From positions 7,192,001 through 7,256,000 of the forward strand of contig JAQFVV010000006.1 in assembly GCA_028023455.1 (NCBI GenBank): 64,000 bases of DNA. The letters run 5' to 3'. Origin of the DNA: Epiperipatus broadwayi (Eukaryota; Animalia; Onychophora). Positions 53,354-64,000 of the stretch are shown one piece after another; the first letter of the stretch is position 1; each line of letters opens with the position of its first letter. Below the pieces are notes generated by a model. It was not told the DNA's origin. It ran no database searches and worked only from the letters and a program-made list of their open reading frames with translations. The position numbers were made by a program, and so were the translations under genes.

Positions 53354-55299
53354 AAGCATAAGAAGTGGTGGTCATGTGATGTTTATTACTTAAATTCTGG
53401 ATACAAGCTTTTATATTCTACAAACATCGCAAATTACTGAAGGAAGTTAATAGACCAATGATAAACTAAGAAACATTTTTAAAACAATATCACCCCCCCC
53501 CCTAATAGTGCCACTCAGTGCAAGCTCTAGAAATGTGAATATTGTATGTCATAATCTCTATTGAACACACTCTCATCTGAAATCACCACAAACAGCCTTC
53601 AACCCACAGCTCCCATGAGTGAGGACCCAGAAGCAATGCACCTGGAACTTTGGATATAATGCATCTCTCTAGAGTCCACTTTTTACCTTTATGGTTAAAT
53701 ATAATCCAAACTGATACCTGTGTGATCCTACAGATCTAAAAAGATCCAAAATTCCAGGTGCACTGTTCACAGGTCTGAGGCTCTAATAGGATGTGAGGAC
53801 TGCAAGTTGATCTGTGAATGTTGGAAGAACTGTGGACAGGGATTGTGATGAACAACCTTCGGACATCTATTGATCATTAGGTGGAACTATTATGGAGAAA
53901 ATTTGCTATTGTTTTAACAGTATGTGCAAGCGTAAAGAAAAGATCATGTTGTTTTAATGATTTAAATTTATTTTTATCATAATTTTTATCGATTAAATTC
54001 AAAGAATAATGGATAGAGAAGGCAGAATAACGAATGATAGATATTAGCAATATTTTTATATAAAATAAATAAAAAAATATTATATTAGTGTACATACTTT
54101 CAAATTTTATACATATTTATATAATTACATGATGAGAATGTTATTTAGATGAAATATCTATGATTAGACTTTATTTACAAATTTCCAGGTAATAAGAGAA
54201 GGCTACACGTAGCAAAACAAATATAAGTTGGGGTTAGGACTTGATACCCAATACTGGATTGTGATTTGTTTATGTTGGAATTGAAAGTAAAATGGCAAAC
54301 TAAGAAACAACAATGTGAAGTTAATAAAATTTGTGTCTCTAATATTTGGGAAGGCTCCTCTTTCTAGGTTCTTAATAAATTCATTAGTAACCGAATCACT
54401 TTATTGCTCGGGAGTTTGTAAGAAGTTCTGGAAACTCCATAACTGCAATTGATCTGAGGAATTTACGCTCCAAAATCTGACCCTAGACAATTGCACTAAA
54501 TCACAGGCTAATAAATTCATTTAGAGATAGTGGATGTGAGTTCTGTCGTTTAAGATGTTTCTACACCTTTGTAATTCACGATACAAAAAGGAAATGATAC
54601 TATGGTTTCTTCCTTATACCACATAGTGAACAGATGGTGCCATTGTTATGGGATCTTATCTTAGAAGAAATAAAGGAGTTGCTTGGAAAAATACTATTCA
54701 TTTTGCATTAAAAAGTCAAAAACGAGTGTTTAATCCTTTTGATAATCTGATAATTACTAAATCAAAGTACCGAGCGATAAGAATTTCCAAGATGGCAGAC
54801 AGACCATATGGTAAGCATCCCAATATTTAATTTTGCTTGTAAATAAAAAAAGAGGCAAAGTCATCAATCAATTTTTGCATATTGTTAATTATATATGACA
54901 ATAGGTATTATTTCTATGATCTTATCGATATCAGGAAATAGATTCCGAAAGTAATTAAAACATTCATACAGCACTGCAAATCAATGAGGATAGAATGCAA
55001 AAACATGCCATATTTGGCATGGTTCTGCATTTTACTGATTGAAATTGCAATAGATATCTCATTCCAAAATAAATAAATGCAAAGTGAAAATAATCTTTTT
55101 AATAAAGGAGTTAGTATATTTGACTAAAGGCATATATAATTGGTAAGTTTAGATAAGTTTAATATGTTGATAAGTGAGAACTTTTCATAAATGGACAGAT
55201 ATGATTTTGCTAAAGAATTAAACATTTTTTGGATCCATGTTCGTAACTGATTTTAAATTTTGGTTCGGAAAAAATTTGAGACTAGATGAATGGAAAAGC

Positions 55300-56250
55300 C
55301 TTGGAATTTTGTTAAGGGGTCTTTTTACAAATGGGGAGGTGTCGTCCCAGACATATTCTCTCAAAGTGAGGATTTTTTTAGTATTGAATTAAAGATGGTA
55401 TTCTTTACTGTAATTATCTAGAAAGTTCTAAATGAAACTCTTTTGAAATAATGGTGATGATATCATCCATATGTGCAATGTGGTTGGGATTTGGATTCAT
55501 GACAGGTTGTGTTTGACTCTCATTAGTAAAAAAATTATGAAAGTAATAAATAGAGGATAAGTCAAAGAGGGAACCCTGAGAAATTAAGTTGTGGATGTAA
55601 AACTAGGTAGTACTTTACCACTCAATGTGATAAATATTTCTTGATTAGGTATAGGGTTGATGATTAGTGAAGACAGAGAGTAGAAAGATTATTTTACACA
55701 ACTCTAACAATAATGAGTTTGGGGACTGAGTGAAAGTTTAAAGTTATGGCCAATTGGATCACTTTTGTTGCATTGTCTAATTTGATTAATTGAAGATCTA
55801 AAAAGGGTAATCTCTGTGTAAACAGAAGAACTTTTTTTTTTCCTAATTGGAACTTAGAAATTGGAAGAAGAATAAATTGTATTTTGTCTTTGATGAGAGT
55901 TCCATAATCCATAATCACAAAATAATAAAGGGAGTCATTGATATTGGTTCTGAGATTGTTAAGAATAGAGAAGTGTTTCTGGGTTTTGATGAATGGAACC
56001 ACTGACACAGCATATAATTAGTCAATGTAATTTCTGTGGACAGATGGTCATTAGATAGTGAAATATCTGACATGTAGGAGAATAAAGATGGGAATAGCAT
56101 GAAGACCTATGTATAGATGGAAGGATTCTGGATAGGAATTAAATTTTAAGGTCATGTCTTGTTTAGTGATTTCTAGATGTTGTATACTGGAACCAAACAT
56201 ATGAATTGGCAACTGTAGGAAGGACATTTCTTATTAATTTAGATTTGAAG
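55300..56250 (-). mobile_element. Degenerate LINE reverse transcriptase
   Basis: Motifs in the expected order across frameshifts: NINDSLYYFVIMD (domain 3-like), NQEIFITLSGKVLPSFTSTT..QGS (domain 4) and HIAHMDDIITI at 55462-55473 (YxDD-like). Confidence 0.65.
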
Positions 56251-56342
56251 CAGTAAAAAATTTCAGGTATCATATTTTTACTTGTGTAAATCTTTTATTA
56301 TCCCTAAGAGTGTGAATATGTTACGCTTATATCTCAAAGTCC

Positions 56343-56374
<32 letters not shown>

Positions 56375-56614
56375 CCTCTTGACCAGTTATCAAGGGATAT
56401 TTTGTGGAGAGATTAGTATAATGGTGTATCATGAACTAAATTCTATTAAAAAAAATCACATCTGAATTGCAGCAAATGATGGAATATCAATTGTCCTGAA
56501 ATAAATTTTAGGAAGAGTAGCTTATAAAATTATAGTTTTAAGGAAAATTCTTTTAGTTCTTTTATGCATAAAAATGGGTTGAATTTGAAAGTCTAATGTG
56601 AGTGACAATTTGAG

Positions 56615-56675
56615 TGGATGGTGATGAAAGAATAAGACAGGTGTTGGATGGTGATGAAAGAATAAGACAGGTGTT
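56615..56675. repeat. 30-bp perfect tandem duplication
   Basis: tggatggtgatgaaagaataagacaggtgt occurs twice. Confidence 0.95.
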
Positions 56676-58440
56676 AACAAGAATTTAATTGAAGAGTGTA
56701 ATTGAGGTGAGTAAAAATGAAGATTGATAAAATAAGAATGGTTTTTGGTATAAAAGGATTAGAATTGGACAGGAAAGCCTTCAGCATGACTAATGGATTA
56801 TTTAGAAAGCATGCATATGTTTCTTTATAAATGTGAAATAAAAGGTATTGAAGTTTCCTATTAGTGTGTCAGGTAAAGGTTAGTGCGGTATTGATAAAAT
56901 TAATGAGGGTGATGTTTATACATATATTGTACCAACATTGAATTGGTACATAATAATTTTATCTAAAAAATTATTAACATTAAAATCTTTCGTAAAAAGA
57001 AAAACGTAAAATTAAAAGTTGAAGAGTTTTATTACAGTTTGTTTTCGAAAAAAGTAAGAGTCAAATAGTTTTCTATCATTAGTTTTTGAAATAAAAGTTA
57101 CAATTAATTAATTAGAAGGGGAGAGGGGTTTTTCGTTAGAAAAAGTCAAACTAAAAGTTTTATAAAAGGAAGTAAAGAGTTTTTCTTATTAGTATTCCTT
57201 AAAATAAATAGTTAATAGTTTCAAAATATAAATCTCTTTTATTTAAATTAAAGAAAAAAAAAGTAATCTTAAAACTAGTTTTGATTTTAGAATAAAATTA
57301 TATATGTGCATAAATGATTAATATAAGTTTGTTAAGTAAAATATATATGTGCGATTGTAAATAATAAATAAACGTATGCGTATTAAATATTATAAATAAA
57401 TGAAAATTATATTTAAAAAACACAGCGATGGCTACTAATTAAAAACAAAGGAAAAAACAACACGTTTGTGATGGCTGCTACTTAATATCTCCAACAACAG
57501 GATTATAAGCTTATATCAAAGGAATTTCAACAACAGATATTGCCGGTGGCTATGAAAACAAAAACATGTCTCATATATAAATAGCCAATTTTTTATCGGA
57601 CATTCAGCGAGGACAATCAGTTGAGTCGAGAGAGATAACAGTCGAGTTAATTGTATCAGAGTTACATTACAGTTCAGTACAATCTAGCAGTTTATTATGA
57701 ATCAATCAAGAATGCAGTGTTAAAACTTCGGGAAACACGCGGCTTTCTCCAGCCTGGAGACCAGTAAAACAGCAAAATCTGCCCATGAAAATAATGTCCG
57801 CGTAACAGCTTGAAGAATCTCTGTCAGTATCTAATTGTCTCCAGTAATAATACCGATGAATAAGAAAGAAACCTTCTCAAGAAACTTCCAATCTAATCGG
57901 TTAGAATATTTTATTAGAAGCAGCAAACAGTAAGATGCCTCCCCATCCTAAAATCCTAGGTAAAACATTTTCTTATATTCATTTCTAAAGTAGCCATCGC
58001 ATTCATGTGAATCCTCCAAGAGCCAAATTATATGAACTCTATAGCACATAAAAATGAACTATTAATTTGTGTGTTCTAAATATATGTGTTTTATATTCTT
58101 TAATGTTTTATTAAATATGTCAGTGTGTGAATTAAGTATGTGCGTGATAAAAGAAAATACCAATATTATGTTAGTTAAAAAATTATGAAAGTATTTAAAT
58201 TTAGTATAATTAGTGTTAATTAAATAAATTGTCTTTAAACTTAAGCTTTATTTTGTCGGTCAATTCTTTTTACCAATCTTTTCATCATTCTTTTATCCAT
58301 TTTTATCAATTCTTTTCACCACTAATTTTGTATAAGTTGTTATTGATTACAAGTAGCTGAGCTAGTCTATGAGTATAACTTAGGCATTGAGTTAGTGGCC
58401 ATTGTTCAAAGTGCATTGTTTATTCTTCTGAATAAATAAC

Positions 58441-58449
58441 TGGCGCCCG
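58441..58449 (+). mobile_element. Primer-binding-site-like TGGCGCCCG directly after AATAAATAAC (possible LTR remnant 58330-58440)
   Basis: TGGCGCCC is the usual tRNA-Lys-type PBS. No gag/pol follows and no second LTR was found. Confidence 0.3.
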
Positions 58450-59190
58450 TGTTTACACAAAACAAAAAAATGGTTTGAACTTGGTGTTGAACTCAACAGG
58501 TGAGAAGAAGTTATGTCCTGGAAATGTGATGCTAGTTATATATTTTATAGCTATCGTTTGGACATACATACTTTCCGAGTATGTTCTTCTCTGCCTAACA
58601 GACCGGTGTTTCGATCCGCTCATATTCGAACCCGGTACAATATATATATATAAAGGCTTATAATTATTGAATGATAATGGAGAAAGTTCTTCTGAACTAA
58701 AAAACAAGGACATAAAAGGACTAAGGAGAAACCAAAAAATAAGACAGAATTAAGTAAGAAGATAACAGCTAGATCATCTGACAGAATTCTTGCTCTCTGA
58801 AATTATCAAAATATCTCAGAAACTTATTAGTATTTCTTTATGTAAGTTTTCAGACATAAGATAATAGATATATAAAAACAGGTATTAACCAATCTAGGTA
58901 ATTTGGAAAAAAATCTTACTTCTCTTTTCTTATGCTCACTGTAATTTATATATACAAATATACTGAATGATTCTGGCAGCAATCCACATACCTTTTCCGA
59001 TTAACTTGAACATTACAAGTTGGCTAGAGTTAAGTAACTGTATGAAAAGAGTGGATATCCATTGAGAATTACATTGAACATCATAAATACAAAATTATGT
59101 ATATTTATATACTTGGCTCCTTAAAGTATTTTATTAGCTGTGTGTTTTGATTTAAGGATCACAAATATTACACACACACACACACACACA

Positions 59191-59520
59191 TTGGAGTAAC
59201 AAGAAGAGATTGAAAACAAAATACATCGATGAGAGAACAAACATGTGTTACTGACATCATTGAAAGAGTTAAAAGACTGAAGTGGAATTGGGCTGGGCAT
59301 ATTGCTAGAAGAGATTATAATAGATAGTTGGAATCTTAAACTGTATTCTGAGAGATTGTAAAAGACCTAGAAAGAGACCATATGTGAGACTGATGGATGA
59401 AATAAGGAAGTATGTTTGAGTGATGCGAAGAATAGAGGTTAGAAATTGGAGAAGACGGATTGAACTTGGAGAGACCTTCATCCTGCAATGGATCAACAAG
59501 GGCTGAAAATGATGATGATA
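59191..59520 (+). mobile_element. RTE LINE 3' fragment following a (CA)10 tract
   Basis: Collinear with 16455-16785. Ends in gatgatgata. Confidence 0.88.
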
Positions 59521-60047
59521 GGACTATTTAAAAAAAAGGAATATATATATATACCAAATATTAGGTTCTAATCATATGCAAGCAGATTGGCTTGGATTCA
59601 AAAAAATATTAACTTTTATGAATATCAGTCTATTAGCTTGATAGTAAAAAGGGAGTTAAAGACTTCTATCAGATGCATAACAGCATTGGTTTCAAATTCG
59701 AATCTCCAGTTCTCACAAATAAAGGCAAAGACCAGAAGTTAATCTGGGAGTAGAATTAATAGAAGTTATTATTAACAGATGGTATTAAGAGTAGAAAGAG
59801 CTATTTTTGTTTCTAATTTTAACATCAATGATGTCTAAAGTTTTGTTTTGAATCGAACAATAAATAATACAAAACGCTTAAACAAATAAAGATTATTTTC
59901 TTATGGATATTCCTACATAATTTAATTTATACCGAAATAAATAAATATTGATGAGTAAACATAATTAATCACGGAAGAAGTCTTTTAGTACATTATAAAT
60001 AATAAAACCATTAAGTCATATAAAAAACATCAGGTGGCAGCACTTAC

Positions 60048-60140
60048 TTAATCATGACCGTTAATTCTTCATTGCTAAAATTAAGTTGTTCTTTACATTC
60101 ATAGACTTCCTTTTCTAATTTTTCATTCTGAGCATTCAAG
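60048..60140 (-). CDS. BLTP2: BLTP2 exon (phase 2-2): LNAQNEKLEKEVYECKEQLNFSNEELTVMI
   Basis: Acceptor tttccttttaag and donor gtaagt. 93 nt. Coiled-coil ending EEL.xMI, as in KIAA0100 ESEELNILIRCFK. Confidence 0.9.
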
Positions 60141-60228
60141 CTTAAAAGGAAAAATAATTATTATAGACATAGTATTAAAAATAATAAAAGGCAGAGAACG
60201 GACGTAATAATTCAAAATAAATATTTAC

Positions 60229-60312
60229 CTTTCATCATAAGGGTTATCATCTAACCCTTTGTGGACAGCGTGGACTTCCTTTTCCAGTCTTCTGAGATTG
60301 GCCACTAATTTT
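60229..60312 (-). CDS. BLTP2: BLTP2/KIAA0100/hobbit internal exon (first in window, phase 2-2): KLVANLRRLEKEVHAVHKGLDDNPYDE
   Basis: Acceptor ttgattag and donor gtaaat. 84 nt, open frame. Resembles the human KIAA0100 segment [24 protein letters not shown] (recalled). In phase with the next exon. Confidence 0.85.
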
Positions 60313-61699
60313 CTAATCAATAGACAAAATTTCAGCAAATATTATTAAAAACTTCTTAATTATTCTAATATATATATATATATAATTGTAATGGATGGCA
60401 TTCTATAAACTTTTATCTTCAATTTGATTTCTAACTTAGATAACATAAAAAGATAGACTTTTAATAGTTTTTTGCACAATAGAAATTTCTTTCTCTAATA
60501 ATAAAAATGTCGCCCTGTATGGGTTAGTGTTGTAGTGGGTCTGCAAATGAAGATGTGTGGATTGAGACTTCCAAGTCACTCCTGGTGCAATAAACTATTC
60601 ACTTATATATAAAAGTATTAAATTCATTTCTATATATGCACTTTTCTTGCTTCAAATTCAACTATTACCTACCCATTTTCTTCTTTTCTGAGCCAACGCA
60701 ATATCTGGTAATTAATGAATATACTAACAGAAAAGGTGTTTTTTTTAATATTCAGCTTGATTACTGCTTAGCATGCTTTCAATATATTCAATAAATCATA
60801 TTCATGGAGTATAATAGTGTGATTATAAGCTCTTTATATCAATGTTTAATTATTATCTAATCAGCTATTCAACTTATTCAATATTAAATTGAAATCAAAT
60901 TGCCCATTTCTTTAATAAGGGTATGCTTACTTCTTTTCTGTTGATGGATAAATGGTCACTACCTATTAAACATGCTTCTTTGACCTTTCCCTTTCTTGTT
61001 TCTGTTTTATCTATTTTTGTTTATACATTTTGATCTATTTATATCAAAATCATTATACAATGCAATTTCCACCCAGTCTTCCTGCATGTTTTGTTTGCTC
61101 CCAGTTCAACCTTAATTACATTTTAACATATATATATATATTGTAACCAAAAGGTCCACCCAGTCTGTAACAGGCAAAATGAATGATATAACGCAAGACT
61201 GTCACGATATAATCCGGTCGTGGCCAGGGTACACCACAAAGATCCATTGCGACATTACATGAAGGTATATTAAATTACCCCAAAATAAATTATGTGACTA
61301 TTCATTTAATAACTATTCTCAGTAATAAATGTATCTTAAAACTACATTTCAAAATCTTAAACTGAGATTTTATTTACATGAGACTTTATGGCCGACCGTG
61401 AACGAAATGGTATGATCCATAAAACTACTACAAATTACTTTTCCAGAAATAAATATATGATCCATGACATTGATATTAATTATCACATGGTGAATACAGG
61501 CCATTTAACAAGACAGTAATAAGTATGATCAGCATCATAACATGATTGGTCGCAGCTCAGGTATACTCAGGATTTTAAATATGGCAATGTTTTGTAGGGT
61601 ATTTGCTTTGCAATAAAAAGTAAGCAACATGAACTTTAGGTTCTTTCATCATTAATTTAAATATCAACTTGAATCGATAGCAATGGGATTCTTATTGCA

Positions 61700-63460
61700 A
61701 TAGGTAAACCATCAGTTATAATATTAGAAAATAGGTTCAATCATAATGTTGGCTAGGAAATTAATTTAGGTCCTAATATCACAAATACCAATAGAAGTAA
61801 CAAATTATGGGTTATATTCTAAAATTAATAAAGAAAAGCTGAAGTGATGAAAGAGGTAAATGGGATTTTGTTATACCTTGGATATCACTAATTACCCCAG
61901 AACAAAAGCATTAAGATGTTCTCCTAGAATTTGAGTAAACATTGTGTGCATTACCAGTGACAATATGTGCTCTAATATCTGACTTATATAATATGATGGA
62001 TTTTCTGGTTCTATGTATGACAAATAGCAACGATATAGTTAGGTTAAATTAGAAAATTAACATTTATTTATAACTCAATCAATACCAATAAATAATTGAT
62101 TAATACATTGATCAAAAATAAATAAACAAAATAAAATACCAATCACATGTACTTCTTTTTATATATAAATAATGTAGACAAATTCCAAAACAAACCCAAT
62201 ATAAGGTTTTCTCACAAATGGATTTGATTTCAGCCTTTATAGGGGAGAAGATGGGTTCAAACCCCTAGTCAATAATATCTCCAATATGTCAATGCCAGAA
62301 CCCATACACGTATACCCCAGATTTTTAATAACTGGTATTGGTGATCATGCAAAAGCTGGCCGTGGGAACTCGGCTTGAAATATCATACAAATTGATATGG
62401 AATAAATTATAGAAATAATTTATTAAATGCCTTTTAATAGCTGATAACTGAACATGCAGGATCAATCTAAAAATGAGGGAAACAACATTGACATCATAAT
62501 GTATGGAGACTCTGCCCAACCACATTTATAGAACAAATAGCCATGGTATTCCTGTGGAATGCATTCATCCACGCAAAGGAATAGCAAAGAATTAAATGTT
62601 CTGTGAATTTTCTGGCTATCATCAGAGCATGAAGCATCATTACAGAATGTTCTACAGATTAACCACCAGCACAGAAAGAAGTATAATGTAATAAAATGGC
62701 AAGAGATCATTTTGCAGATTGAACCATCAGCACAGAGTAGTGCCCTATAACATTATAAAATAGTGCAGACATCCACTTCCCAAGTAAAAGAGACATAAAA
62801 TTACCCTCATCTACAAAACTACTAAATTAGGAGACTGTAAGACATCAAATGAAAAGTATTTTAGTGTGGGAAATAAACTGAAATAACAGCCAACTCTGCC
62901 TAGAACATGGATGGAACAATGACACATAGTAAATATAATATGAGCATAGGCACAAAAACCCTGGAAAGACATACAGGACTAAGCCATAAGGTATTACTGT
63001 ACATTATAGATTCATTAAATAATCATTAAACCTTTATGCAAGCACTGTTCCCTAATAATCGCTTCTCCTCAATCCCTATATAATATGTTCAATTTAAATT
63101 AATAAATAATTATTTTACACCCAATAGAATGTCTACCATGCACTTCATACACATATAAGGTAATATAAACCAAAATAAAACTACATACTTGTTTAAATAA
63201 CTACACTAAGCTAAAATACATAATATTATAAATATATTTCTTAATACTTAATGTACAACATATAAATTAAATAGTTTTTCAATCATAACATATAGAATTT
63301 TATAAGCTTGATTATATTCCTCTTCATTTCCACCCGTAATGAATATTCCATAATTAATTGATTCACGCGTAGGCTTTCTGAATATTTGAGATACTTAAAA
63401 ATAGGACATGTATAATGCTGTCCCACATGAAAATATATCAATTCCATCTAAATAAGCTCC
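61700..63460 (-). mobile_element. Possible heavily decayed Polinton/Maverick (protein-primed PolB) remnant
   Basis: Frame-broken motifs in PolB order: LDGIDIFSCGT (63418-63451), IHYDVN[s]LFPS (62474-62498, motif A-like), HLLPYKG (62233-62253), LNA..WG (61894-61915, motif B-like) and ITDGL (about 61710, motif C-like). Confidence 0.3.
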
Positions 63461-63644
63461 TTATGAATGTTTGAGGCGGATCCTTTTCTTTTTTTAATAC
63501 ACCGTCACACAAATATAGAGCATACCTCCACATTAACCAGTATCATTATTTATAATTAAAGTATCCCTCAAAAGATAATAAACCTCTTTACTTCTATGTA
63601 GGCATTACTCCAAAGTTAAAAATCTTTCATTACTTTTAATTTAA

Positions 63645-63970
63645 ACATCACATGATCACCATCTCTTATGCTAGCACATAACTGTTATTAACCAGGCAAA
63701 ACTCTCCACACAGCAGTGCCACCCCGTGCCAAAAGCAATCAATGGATGCCAGAAATCCCCATATAGTGCCTACTCATCCAATATCCCCGGAGGTGGCTGC
63801 TGGAGGGTTGCATTAGATCCTAAGATCTAGGTGCAGTGCTCTCAGATCCAAGGCTCCTCAGGGGATATTGGATGAATAGGCACTAGATGGGAATTTTATG
63901 CATGGGCCTTCTTGCATCTATTGATTGCTCTGGTTGACTCAGGTTAGCACTGCTGTGTGGAGAGTTTTAC
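63645..63970. repeat. Family H fold-back element lacking the ribozyme core
   Basis: Inverted arms 63690-63788 and 63861-63970. Junction ctcctca|ggggatattgg. Confidence 0.9.
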
Positions 63971-64000
63971 CTTTAATTTAGCGAGTGAGTGTCAAAGACT

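Noticed and set aside
58595-58640. Hammerhead-like GAAACACCGGTC on the minus strand
   Set aside because: No CUGANGA or covariant core and no stem II.

Overview
AT-rich animal genomic DNA, probably arthropod (inference from composition, repeat families and protein similarity). The window lies inside one large minus-strand gene, BLTP2 (KIAA0100/hobbit, bridge-like lipid transfer protein). Ten GT-AG exons from 60312 down to 1882 splice in phase into about 276 aa of its C-terminal region, and the gene runs off both window ends. None of the supplied ORFs is a complete gene. The introns contain decayed RTE, LINE, Penelope-like, Gypsy and possibly Polinton fragments, tRNA-derived SINEs, hAT MITEs, an Hsp70 5' pseudogene fragment and a 330-bp compound microsatellite. 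The most striking feature is a population of 250-600 bp fold-back (palindromic) elements from at least four unrelated sequence families. They carry minimal type I hammerhead ribozyme motifs with self-complementary stem III, as known from Penelope-like element pLTRs and retrozymes. Every ribozyme-bearing palindrome has the same head-to-head polarity, with the ribozyme 3' ends facing outward. One family (four copies in two palindromes, at 36.2-36.4 kb and 49.3-49.6 kb) replaces the CUGANGA core with AUGAAUA, an A3-U8 covariant of the C3-G8 core pair, and shows compensatory changes in stem II. Alignments and folds were done by eye; ribozyme activity is untested.
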